Of a stretch of DNA of 64,000 nt, positions 34,678-43,030 are shown piece by piece (within the stretch, counting starts at the first letter, position 1; each line of letters starts with the position of its first letter). Source of the DNA: Solirubrobacteraceae bacterium (lineage in GTDB: Bacteria; Actinomycetota; Thermoleophilia; Solirubrobacterales; Solirubrobacteraceae). The notes beneath the pieces are model-generated. The model saw only the letters and a list, made by a program, of their open reading frames with translations. It was not told the DNA's origin and made no database searches. The DNA is taken from contig JAGIBJ010000139.1 of NCBI GenBank assembly GCA_017744415.1, forward strand, positions 15,023 to 79,022, read 5' to 3'. The position numbers and the translations under genes are program-made.

Positions 34678-35970
34678 CTAGGGGTGGAAGCGCTCGAGCT
34701 CGCGGCCGATCGCCGCGAGCGTGTCGGCGCCATCGAGCAGCCCGCCGCGGTCGGCAACGAGCGTGAGGTGGAGCTGCCCGGCGTAGGAGAGGGCGGTGAG
34801 CGCGACCGGTTGCCCGGCCGGTGACGGCGCCCAGCCCCACATCCCGGTGATCTTGCGGCCGAACAGCTCGATCGGGTCAGGCGGCCCGGGCACCGACGAC
34901 ACGATCACCGGCGCGAAGAACTGCCCGGCGACGCTGCGGGTGACCGTGCCTCGGATCGCCGCGGGCAGGTCGTCGGCGCGGCGCGAGATGTCGGCGATCG
35001 AGCCCGCCTCCTGACGGGACGCGCGAAGCGCGCGCGTGGTGACGCGCAACGCCGAAATCGCATCGCCCGTCGCGTGGAGCGGTGCGTAGATCACCGAGAC
35101 CGGGTTCGCGAGCTCGTCACCGTCGCGTCGGGCATTGAGCGGCACGAAGGCCTCGCCGCCGTTCGGATCGATCACGCCGGTGCCGCGCAGCGCTCGGGCG
35201 ATCGCGACGATCAGCGCGGCCGTCACGGTGCCGCCGTGCGCGCGGGCGCCCTCGCGGAGCGGACCGAGCGGCACGCTGCTGCGCGCGATGAAGCGAGGCC
35301 CGTCCCAGGCGGGCTGCGACGGGCCGGCGAGGCGCTCGCCGTAGATCCGCAGCGCGGTGGCGAGATCGGCGAAGCCGGAGAAGTCGGTGAGCGTGCGCAG
35401 CGTGCCCGCGAGATCGGCGCGCACGCCCTCGAGGAGGGTCGGCGGCGGGAGGGTGGGGGAGACGGGCGTCTCGTCGGCCATGATCCCGCCGACCAGTGCG
35501 AGCGCCAGCTCCACCGAGCCGACGCCGTCGGTGATCACGTGGTGCAGTTGCCCCGCCATGAGCGTGTGGGCGCCGTCGCTGAGCGCCTGGAGCCGCCAAA
35601 GCGGACGGTCGCGCGGCAGCATCTCGGCGAAGAGGCGCGTGATGAGGGCGTCGACCGCGGTGCGATCGGTCATCGACTCGACCGCGAGCGCGTCGATGTG
35701 GGACCCACAGTCGAACCACGGGTCGTCGAACCACCGCAGCGCGCCGGTGATCGGGTCGCGCACGAGGCGGCGCGTGAGCGCGGGCGTCGCGCCGACGGCG
35801 CCAGCCATCACGGCCCGCATCAGCGCGGGCGACGGCGCGCCGCCCTCGAGCTCGACGGCCCAGCCGATGTGAAGCGGTGGCCGCCCTGGCTGCTCGAGTT
35901 CGAGGAACGCCTGATCGAGCGCGCTCGGCCGCAGCACCCCCATGCTGCTGGGCTCGGCGCGGTTCGTCAC
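34678..35970 (-). CDS. Wax ester synthase/diacylglycerol acyltransferase (WS/DGAT) family
   Basis: It has the HHxxxDG motif (LHHVITDGVGS). There is an ATGA overlap with the bioA stop. Confidence 0.85.
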   Translation of the reverse strand: MTNRAEPSSMGVLRPSALDQAFLELEQPGRPPLHIGWAVELEGGAPSPALMRAVMAGAVGATPALTRRLVRDPITGALRWFDDPWFDCGSHIDALAVESMTDRTAVDALITRLFAEMLPRDRPLWRLQALSDGAHTLMAGQLHHVITDGVGSVELALALVGGIMADETPVSPTLPPPTLLEGVRADLAGTLRTLTDFSGFADLATALRIYGERLAGPSQPAWDGPRFIARSSVPLGPLREGARAHGGTVTAALIVAIARALRGTGVIDPNGGEAFVPLNARRDGDELANPVSVIYAPLHATGDAISALRVTTRALRASRQEAGSIADISRRADDLPAAIRGTVTRSVAGQFFAPVIVSSVPGPPDPIELFGRKITGMWGWAPSPAGQPVALTALSYAGQLHLTLVADRGGLLDGADTLAAIGRELERFHP

Positions 35971-37313
35971 GACGGGATCCGCCGCCCGTCGAGCGGTCGA
36001 TCCGTGGCGGGCACGCCGAGGCGCCCGCTCACCGCCTCGATCGCCTCGGCCGTCACCTCGACGAGATGACGCAGCTGCTCGGCCGAGATCGCGAGCGGCG
36101 GCATGAGGACGACGATGTCGCCGAGCGGGCGCAGCAGCACGCCGCGCTCGCGGGCCTCGACGATCACCTGGTGGCCGGCCCGCTCGAGCGCCGGGTGCGG
36201 CAGGAGCTCGACGCCCACCATGAGGCCGCGATGGCGTACCTCACGCACGCCGGGCAGCGGCGCGATCAGCTCGTCGAGGAGCTCCGTGAGCTCGGCAGCG
36301 CGCGCTTGGGCGGCGGCGAGCGTGCCCCGTTGGAGCAGATCGAGACTGGCGATGGCGGCGGCGCAGCCGAGCGGGTTGCCGGTGAACGTGTGGCCGTGGA
36401 AGAAGGTCTTGAGCTCGTCGACGCCGCCCAGGAAGTGCTCGTAGATCTCCTCGGTCGCGAGGGTCGCGGCGAGCGGGAGGTAGCCGCCGGTGAGGCCCTT
36501 GCCCAGGCAGAGCAGATCGGGCTTCACGCCCTCGAGCTCGCACGCGAACATCGCGCCGGTGCGGCCGAAGCCCGTCGCCACCTCGTCGCAGATCAGGTAG
36601 GCGCCAGCGGCCGTGGCGGCCTCGCGGATGGCGCGCAGGTAGCCCTCGGGCTGCACGAGCAGGCCACCGGCGCCCTGCACCACGGGCTCGACGATCACGG
36701 CAGCGAGCTTGTGGCCGTGCTCGGCGATCAGCGCCGCGGCGGCCTCGGCGTCGCCCCACGGGAGCCGGATGCCGTCGAAGAGCAGCGGGCGAAAGCGCTC
36801 GTGGAACACCTCGATGCCCCCGACGGAGACGGCTCCGAGGGTATCGCCGTGGTAGCTGGCATCCACATAGGCGAAGGTCGTCCGTTCGGTCGACCCGGCC
36901 TGGAGCTGGCCCTGGTAGGCCATCTTCAGCGCGATCTCGGTCGCTGCGGCGCCCGTGTCGGAGTAGAAGACTCGCGAGAGATCGCCCGGGGCGATCTCGA
37001 TCAGTCGCTCGGCGAGCTCGATCGCGAGCGGGTGCGTGAGTCCGAGCATCGTGGTGTGGGCGACCTTGTCGAGCTGCGCGCGGATCGCGTCGTCAAGCTC
37101 CTGCACGCGGTGGCCGTGCACGTTGCACCACAGCGACGAGGTGCCGTCGAGGAACCGGCGGCCGTCGGCGTCGATCAGCTCGCAGCCGTCGCCCTCGACG
37201 ATCACCGGTGCCGGTTCGCTCGTCCACGCCTGCTGCTGCGTGAACGGATGCCAGAGGACGGCGTGGTCGCGTCGGCGGAGTTCGTCGCTGGCGGTCGGGG
37301 GCACCCCGGACAC
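35967..37313 (-). CDS. bioA: Adenosylmethionine-8-amino-7-oxononanoate aminotransferase
   Basis: BioA-like throughout (LWHPFTQ..., SLWCNVHGH, ICDEVATGFGRTG, LCLGKGLTGGYLPL). The GTG at 37313 was set by frame arithmetic. Confidence 0.9.
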   Translation of the reverse strand: MSGVPPTASDELRRRDHAVLWHPFTQQQAWTSEPAPVIVEGDGCELIDADGRRFLDGTSSLWCNVHGHRVQELDDAIRAQLDKVAHTTMLGLTHPLAIELAERLIEIAPGDLSRVFYSDTGAAATEIALKMAYQGQLQAGSTERTTFAYVDASYHGDTLGAVSVGGIEVFHERFRPLLFDGIRLPWGDAEAAAALIAEHGHKLAAVIVEPVVQGAGGLLVQPEGYLRAIREAATAAGAYLICDEVATGFGRTGAMFACELEGVKPDLLCLGKGLTGGYLPLAATLATEEIYEHFLGGVDELKTFFHGHTFTGNPLGCAAAIASLDLLQRGTLAAAQARAAELTELLDELIAPLPGVREVRHRGLMVGVELLPHPALERAGHQVIVEARERGVLLRPLGDIVVLMPPLAISAEQLRHLVEVTAEAIEAVSGRLGVPATDRPLDGRRIPS

Positions 37314-37409
37314 GCTACCGGCGTCCGCACCCCCGCGCCGGGTGCGCGCGCCCGCCTGCAGCCTGCGCAACGGAGCAGCGCGCGTGGGCGAGTGCGTAGG
37401 GTGCGTCGC

Positions 37410-39089
37410 GTGCGGAGCCCCGCCCCTCCCTCGCTCGGCCTCGTGGTCGCCACCTCCGGCATGGCGACGCTCGGAGCCGAGATCGCGACCGCCCGCCTGC
37501 TCGCACCGGCGTTCGGCAGCTCGACGGTGATCTGGGCCAACACGATCGCGATCGTGCTCGTGGCGCTCGCGCTCGGTGCTTGGCTCGGCGGCCGCATGGC
37601 CGATCGGGGCCCGCGCCCGGAGCGGATGTACGCGCTGCTGCTCGGCGGTGCCGGCCTCCTGGCGCTCACGCCGATCCTCGCGACCCCGCTGCTCAGCGCC
37701 GGCGGTCGCGCGCTCGACGACATCAGTGCGCCCGGCTTCTTCGGCTCGCTCGTCGCGGTGCTGATCCTCGTCGCCACGCCGCTTGCCCTCCTCGGAGCGG
37801 TGACGCCCTACACGGTGCGGCTCGCGCTCGACGCCGTGGAGGCCGAGAGCTCGGATGCCATCGCCCAGGCGGGCCGCACCGCCGGCCGGCTCTCCGCGCT
37901 CGGCACCGGCGGCTCGCTCGTCGGCACGTTCCTCTCGGCGCTCGCCTTGATCCCGCTGCTCGGCACGCGGCGCACGTTCCTGCTGTTCGCGCTCGTGCTC
38001 GCGCTCGTCGCGGCCTGGGGATTGCTGGGCACCCGTGGCGAGCACGCCGCACCCGCCGCATCGAGTGACGACGACGGCCCAGCCGACCCGGTCGATGACG
38101 ATCCCGTGGCCGGCCGACCGGTGCTCCCCTTCGCCGTGGCGGTCCCGGCGGCGATCTTCGTGCTGCTGCTCCTGCCCGTGCCGACGATCAAGGCGGCGAG
38201 CGGCGGCCAGCGGCTGCTCGAGGAGCGCGAGACGAACGAGCAGTACGCACGCGTGCTCCAGAGCGCCGACGGCACCCGCACGATGGAACTCGGCGAGGGC
38301 CATGCGATCCACTCGCTCTGGCGGCGCGGCACCGTGATGACGGGCCTCTACTGGGACGAGCTCCTCACGCTGCCCTACCTCAGCGGCCGGGCCCCGAAGC
38401 GCGTGCTCATCCTCGGCAACGCCGGTGGCACTGCGGCAACGGCGATGCGCGCGCTCGAGCCGCAGGTGCACGTGGATGCCGTCGACTACGACCACCAGCT
38501 GGCGGAGCTCGGCAAGCGCTGGTTCGGGCTCGGCGGTGATCGCCTGCAGCTCCTCACGGGCGACGCGCGGGTCGAGCTGCGCCGCAGCGCCGGCGGCTAC
38601 GACGCGATCATCGTCGACGCCTACCGCCAGCCCTACATCCCGTTCCACCTCTCCACCCGCGAGTTCTTCACCCTCGCCCGCGAGCGGCTCGCGCCCGGCG
38701 GCGTGGTGATCGTGAACGTCGGCCATCCCGAAGGCGACGACGAACTCGAGAAGGTGCTCGCCGCGACGATGCGCGCCGCCGGTCTGCGCACCGTGCTTCG
38801 CGACCCGGCCCAGGATCTCAACACCCAGCTCGTCGGCGCCGCGGGGGCACTCGATGCCTCATCGCTCGGGCAGGCCGCCGAGCTGATCGACGGTCGTGCT
38901 GCCACCGGCGACGGCATCCGCGCGCCCGCCACCATCTCGGATCTCGCCTCGCTCGGCGTCACGATGCGCCAGACGGCCGCCCGGCTCGAGCCGGCGCGCC
39001 GCGGCGGCCCCGTGTACACCGACGACAAGGCGCCCGTCGAGCTGCTGATCGATGGCTCCCTGGCGAAGGTCGCGACCGCGGGCAGTTGA
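37410..39089 (+). CDS. Fused membrane domain plus spermidine synthase-like (class I SAM-dependent aminopropyl/methyltransferase fold) protein
   Basis: About 7 TM helices at the N-terminus are followed by VLILGNAGGTAA...DAIIVDAYRQPYIPFHLSTREFF...GGVVIVNVG. The start is uncertain, with GTGs at 37392, 37401 and 37410. Confidence 0.7.
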   Translation: MRSPAPPSLGLVVATSGMATLGAEIATARLLAPAFGSSTVIWANTIAIVLVALALGAWLGGRMADRGPRPERMYALLLGGAGLLALTPILATPLLSAGGRALDDISAPGFFGSLVAVLILVATPLALLGAVTPYTVRLALDAVEAESSDAIAQAGRTAGRLSALGTGGSLVGTFLSALALIPLLGTRRTFLLFALVLALVAAWGLLGTRGEHAAPAASSDDDGPADPVDDDPVAGRPVLPFAVAVPAAIFVLLLLPVPTIKAASGGQRLLEERETNEQYARVLQSADGTRTMELGEGHAIHSLWRRGTVMTGLYWDELLTLPYLSGRAPKRVLILGNAGGTAATAMRALEPQVHVDAVDYDHQLAELGKRWFGLGGDRLQLLTGDARVELRRSAGGYDAIIVDAYRQPYIPFHLSTREFFTLARERLAPGGVVIVNVGHPEGDDELEKVLAATMRAAGLRTVLRDPAQDLNTQLVGAAGALDASSLGQAAELIDGRAATGDGIRAPATISDLASLGVTMRQTAARLEPARRGGPVYTDDKAPVELLIDGSLAKVATAGS

Positions 39090-39124
39090 CCCGGTCCGGC
39101 AGGCTCCGGGCGCGTGAATCGGCC

Positions 39125-39841
39125 ATGATGCGGGGCATGCGCGGCGTGTTCGTCACCGGCACCGGCACCGGCGTGGGCAAGAGCGTCGTGTCTGCTGCCC
39201 TCGCAGCCTCACTCGTCGCTCGAGGCGAGCGCGTCGTAGCCAGCAAGCCGCTGCTCTCGGGCCTCGACGACGACTACCCGGTCTGGCCGCCCGATCATGA
39301 GCTGCTCGCCCGGATCACCGGCGAGCCGGCCGACGTGATCGCGCCGCACCGCTATGGGCCGGCCGTCTCGCCACACCTGGCAGCGCGCTGGGCGGGCGAG
39401 CGCCACACCGCCGAGGCGCTCGCGACGGAGGTGCGCGCTCGCCACCACGCCGCCGCGCTCGGCGGGCACGACCCGGTGCTCGTGGTCGAGGGTGCCGGTG
39501 GCCTGCTCGTGCCGCTCGACGATGACGGCGCCTCGATGGCTGATCTTGCCTTTGAGCTGGGGCTGCCGGTCGTGGTCGCCGCCCACCCGGGCCTCGGCAC
39601 GATCAATCACGTCCAGCTCACGCTCGAAGCCGCCCGCGCCCGCAACCTTGAGGTGAGCGGCGTCGTGCTCACGCCCTGGCCCGAGATGCCCGGCGACATC
39701 GAGCGCGACAACCTCGCCTACCTGCTCACGCGCAGCGGCGCGCGGCTGCGTCAGCTGCCGGTGGTTGCGGCGCCGCAGCCTGCTGCGCTGGCTTCAGCCG
39801 GTGCGGCGGCAGGCCTCGCCGACTTGGTTCGCGAGGCCTGA
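39125..39841 (+). CDS. bioD: Dethiobiotin synthase
   Basis: P-loop (VFVTGTGTGVGKSVVSAAL) and VEGAGGLLVP. The track start at 39086 (TTG, overlapping the upstream stop) is an alternative. Confidence 0.85.
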   Translation: MMRGMRGVFVTGTGTGVGKSVVSAALAASLVARGERVVASKPLLSGLDDDYPVWPPDHELLARITGEPADVIAPHRYGPAVSPHLAARWAGERHTAEALATEVRARHHAAALGGHDPVLVVEGAGGLLVPLDDDGASMADLAFELGLPVVVAAHPGLGTINHVQLTLEAARARNLEVSGVVLTPWPEMPGDIERDNLAYLLTRSGARLRQLPVVAAPQPAALASAGAAAGLADLVREA

Positions 39842-39876
39842 GTCGCCGACACCTCTGCCGCGGCGATCGCGCTCGG

Positions 39877-40830
39877 TTAGCGCTTGCTCCAGCCCGCGCT
39901 GCGCGCGTTGTCGGCGATCACCATCGGGCCGAAGTAGGCGACCTGCTGCACGGTCCAGTCGTCCGAGCGGTAGAGGCCCTGCTTGAGGAACACCGGATCT
40001 GCGGCGCCCGGGCCATCGGGCGTGTACACCTGCAGCGTGCGCAGGCGCTTGATGCACTTGATGGTGTGGCCGTCGCGGCGCACGCAGAGGCGGCCGTCGG
40101 GCCCCTGCGACCAGCGGATCTGGAACACGAAGCGGGTCCACTTGTTGACGGGCGCCTTGCCGAGATCCCACTCGTTGCGCGTGGCGCCGGCGAGCTTCGT
40201 GCACGTGTCCTTCGGGTTGGAGGCGCACTTGTACTTCTGCACCGAGCCCATCACCCGCACGAGCTTGAGCCGCCCGTTGTAGACCTGGATCGCCATCGGC
40301 GGCTCGCCGCCGTTCTCGCCCTTCCACTGGGTCACGATCGTCCAGAGCTTGCCGTTCGTGCTCATCGGGAACGGCCCGAGGCGCAGGCTGAAGGCGTAGT
40401 AGCGCAGGTCGCCCGGGTTGCCCTTGTCGGCGGTGTGGAGCACCTCGGCCCGCGGGCGCTTCAGCCCGCCGGTGTTGGTGACGTCGCCCTGCTGCAGCTC
40501 CGCGCGCAGCACGTAACGGGCCTTCTCGATGCGGTTGCGCTTCGGGTTGGCGACCACGCCGAGGCGGTTCGACTTGCCGTTCGTGAGGGTGGCGTTGCCC
40601 GACGTCGGCACTTGCGCGCCCGTCCAGCCGGCAAAGGGCTTGTTGGGCGTAGCCGCGCCGTCGGTCGAGTGGTAGCGCGGCGAGAAGAGGCGCTCGGTCG
40701 CGGCGCTGGCGACGAGCGCGGAACCCCCGCTGGCCACGGCGACGACAGCGGCCGCGAGCAGCGCGAGGCGCGTGCGCCGGCGACGGGGCGACGCGGGACT
40801 CGCTTCAGGGGTGGCGGCGTGACGCGGCAC
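39877..40830 (-). CDS. Secreted hypothetical protein, tentatively polysaccharide-lyase/concanavalin-like
   Basis: Arg-rich N-terminus with a hydrophobic signal (RRRRTRLALLAAAVVAVASGGSALVASA). The function is a weak guess from the overall pattern. The start was trimmed to the GTG at 40830 to avoid bioF. Confidence 0.5.
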   Translation of the reverse strand: MPRHAATPEASPASPRRRRTRLALLAAAVVAVASGGSALVASAATERLFSPRYHSTDGAATPNKPFAGWTGAQVPTSGNATLTNGKSNRLGVVANPKRNRIEKARYVLRAELQQGDVTNTGGLKRPRAEVLHTADKGNPGDLRYYAFSLRLGPFPMSTNGKLWTIVTQWKGENGGEPPMAIQVYNGRLKLVRVMGSVQKYKCASNPKDTCTKLAGATRNEWDLGKAPVNKWTRFVFQIRWSQGPDGRLCVRRDGHTIKCIKRLRTLQVYTPDGPGAADPVFLKQGLYRSDDWTVQQVAYFGPMVIADNARSAGWSKR

Positions 40831-40889
40831 GGCAAGAGAAGGTATCGAACCGCTCCTGACGCGGTGCCGAATGAGCGACGCGGTCGGCC

Positions 40890-42266
40890 TCAGCCGCGCA
40901 GGCCGAACTGCGGGCTCGTGCGGCGGGCACGCACCATTCCGGGGTCGATCTGCTCGACGTCGAAGAACGCGCTTGAGCTGGCCTTGCGGCCCGCCTCGGG
41001 CTGCGCCGCACCGTTGCGGCTCGGGGCAGCGCTCCACTCACCGAGATCGTCCTCGCGGGCGTTGGTCATCGACGGGCGCTTGGGGCCCTCGCCAACGTCG
41101 AGGCCGTGCGCGCGGGCCACCTCGGCGATCGCCTGGGCGGCCTTGCGCAGCTCCTGCGGCGTGTGCGAGGCCGACACCGTCACGCGCAGGCGCGACGTGC
41201 CCTCCGGCACCGTGGGCGGGCGGATGCCCTGCGCGAACACGCGACGCTCGAGCAGGCTCTCGGTCACGTTCATCGTCGTCGTGGCATCGCCGACCATGAT
41301 CGGGAGGATGTGGCTCGGGTCGTCGGGCATCGCGAAGCCCTCGGCCTGCAGGGCGCCGTGGAGCGTGCGGGCGTTGGCCTGGAGGCGCTCGACGCGCTCC
41401 GGGCTCTGCTCGAGCAGCTCGAGCGCCGCGAGGGCACCGGCGACGATCGGCGGCGCGGGCGCCGTCGAGAAGATCAGCGGGCGGGCGGCGTTGACCAGGT
41501 ACCGCATCAGTTCGTTGGAGCCGGCAACGAACGCGCCGTAGGCACCGAGCGCCTTGCCGAGCGTGCCGACGATTGCGTCGATCTCCTGCTCGAGCCCGGC
41601 GGCGGCGACGGCGCCGCGGCCGTTCGGCCCGATGCAGCCGGTGGCGTGGGCCTCGTCGACGATGGTGCGGGCGTCGAAGCGCTGCGCGAGATCGGCGATG
41701 CCCTCGAGCGGGGCGATGTCGCCGTCCATCGAGAACACGGAGTCGGTGACGATCAGCGGGCGGCCCGCGTTGCGCGGCGTCTTCTCACGCAGGCCCCAAG
41801 CGAGGTGCTCCAGGTCGTTGTGGCGGTAGACGAACACCGGCGCCTTGGCGGCGCGGCAGCCCTCGACGATCGAGGCGTGGTTGAGCTCGTCGGAGAAGAT
41901 CATCGACGACCGGTCGCCGAGCGCCTGGATCACGCCGAAGTTCGCGAGGTACCCGGAGCCGAAGAGCAGTGCGCCCTCCGTGCCCTTGAAGCGGGCGAGG
42001 CGCTCCTCGAGACGGCCGTGGATCGTCATGGAGCCCGACACCAGGCGGGAGGCGCCGGCGCCGACGCCCCAGCGCATCGCGGCATCGGCCGCGGCCTCGC
42101 GGATGCGCGGATGGTCACTGAGGCCGAGGTAGTTGTTGCTGCAAAGGAGCAGCACCGGAGTGCCGTCGAGCACGACGCGCGGGCCCTGCGGGCCGCTGAC
42201 GAGTCGGAGCCGCCGGTAGAGACCGAGGTCGCGGAGTTCGTCGAGGCGCGTGCTGAGCTCGTCCAT
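40890..42266 (-). CDS. bioF: 8-amino-7-oxononanoate synthase, with a ~70-aa C-terminal extension
   Basis: CSNNYLGLSDHP, FGSGYLANFGVI and SMDGDIAPL are present. The ATG at 42266 (MDELSTRL...) is preferred. Confidence 0.9.
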   Translation of the reverse strand: MDELSTRLDELRDLGLYRRLRLVSGPQGPRVVLDGTPVLLLCSNNYLGLSDHPRIREAAADAAMRWGVGAGASRLVSGSMTIHGRLEERLARFKGTEGALLFGSGYLANFGVIQALGDRSSMIFSDELNHASIVEGCRAAKAPVFVYRHNDLEHLAWGLREKTPRNAGRPLIVTDSVFSMDGDIAPLEGIADLAQRFDARTIVDEAHATGCIGPNGRGAVAAAGLEQEIDAIVGTLGKALGAYGAFVAGSNELMRYLVNAARPLIFSTAPAPPIVAGALAALELLEQSPERVERLQANARTLHGALQAEGFAMPDDPSHILPIMVGDATTTMNVTESLLERRVFAQGIRPPTVPEGTSRLRVTVSASHTPQELRKAAQAIAEVARAHGLDVGEGPKRPSMTNAREDDLGEWSAAPSRNGAAQPEAGRKASSSAFFDVEQIDPGMVRARRTSPQFGLRG

Positions 42267-42288
42267 CCCGGAACTCAGTCTGCCCGCC

Positions 42289-42975
42289 TCACCGGCGGAC
42301 GTCACCGTCGGCGGCGGGTTCGACCCCGCTACCTCCGGCCTTTGGTGCGCTGGCGGCATTGGCCGGCTCGACGTGGGTGACCATCCGCCACAGCATCTCG
42401 GTGGTGGTGTCGACCACCTCGGGGAGCTGGTCGATCTCGTCACGTACGACGGCTCGATCGACGAGCTCGGTGACGGCACCGGTCAGGCCACGCGCCATCA
42501 GCACCGAGAGCGATTGGGAGGGGATGTCGGGGTGCAGCTCGCGGCCGCGCTCGACGAGTTCGATCAGGAGGTTGGCGAAATCCTCCAGGGTCTCGTCGCG
42601 CTGCTGGCGCGCCTCCTCGCTCAGCGTGGCGAGTTCAAGGCTGATCGCGCGCGTGAAGAGCGGGTACGCGGCGAGCGCGCCGTAATACACCTGGAAGCCC
42701 TGGCGCATCACATCCTTCCAGGGCTTGGAGAAGTCGAGCGACTCGCGCACGATGCCCGTCATCTGCGAGACGAGTTCGCGGTGCAGGGCGAGGAAGCACT
42801 GCTCCTTCGTCTCGAACTCCGCGTAGAAGGTGCGCAGCGACACCTTCGCCTCGCGGGCGATGTCCTGGATGCGCGCGCCGTGGAAGCCATCCCGCTGGAG
42901 GATGGTGGCCATGGCGTCGAGCAGCCGGCGCCGCTGATCGGCGCGCAGCTCGTCACGGCTTGAAGGGGCTGACAT
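42289..42975 (-). CDS. TetR family regulator located between bioB and bioF (possibly BioQ-like)
   Basis: TetR HTH (GFHGARIQDIAREAKVSLRTFYAEFETKEQ). The ATG at 42975 was verified by frame. The BioQ role is inferred from position only. Confidence 0.8.
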   Translation of the reverse strand: MSAPSSRDELRADQRRRLLDAMATILQRDGFHGARIQDIAREAKVSLRTFYAEFETKEQCFLALHRELVSQMTGIVRESLDFSKPWKDVMRQGFQVYYGALAAYPLFTRAISLELATLSEEARQQRDETLEDFANLLIELVERGRELHPDIPSQSLSVLMARGLTGAVTELVDRAVVRDEIDQLPEVVDTTTEMLWRMVTHVEPANAASAPKAGGSGVEPAADGDVRR

Positions 42976-43030
42976 GGCGGGGATCGGTTGGTTCGGCGTG
43001 GTGGAGAGAGCGACCGGCCGGCGCGGCGGT

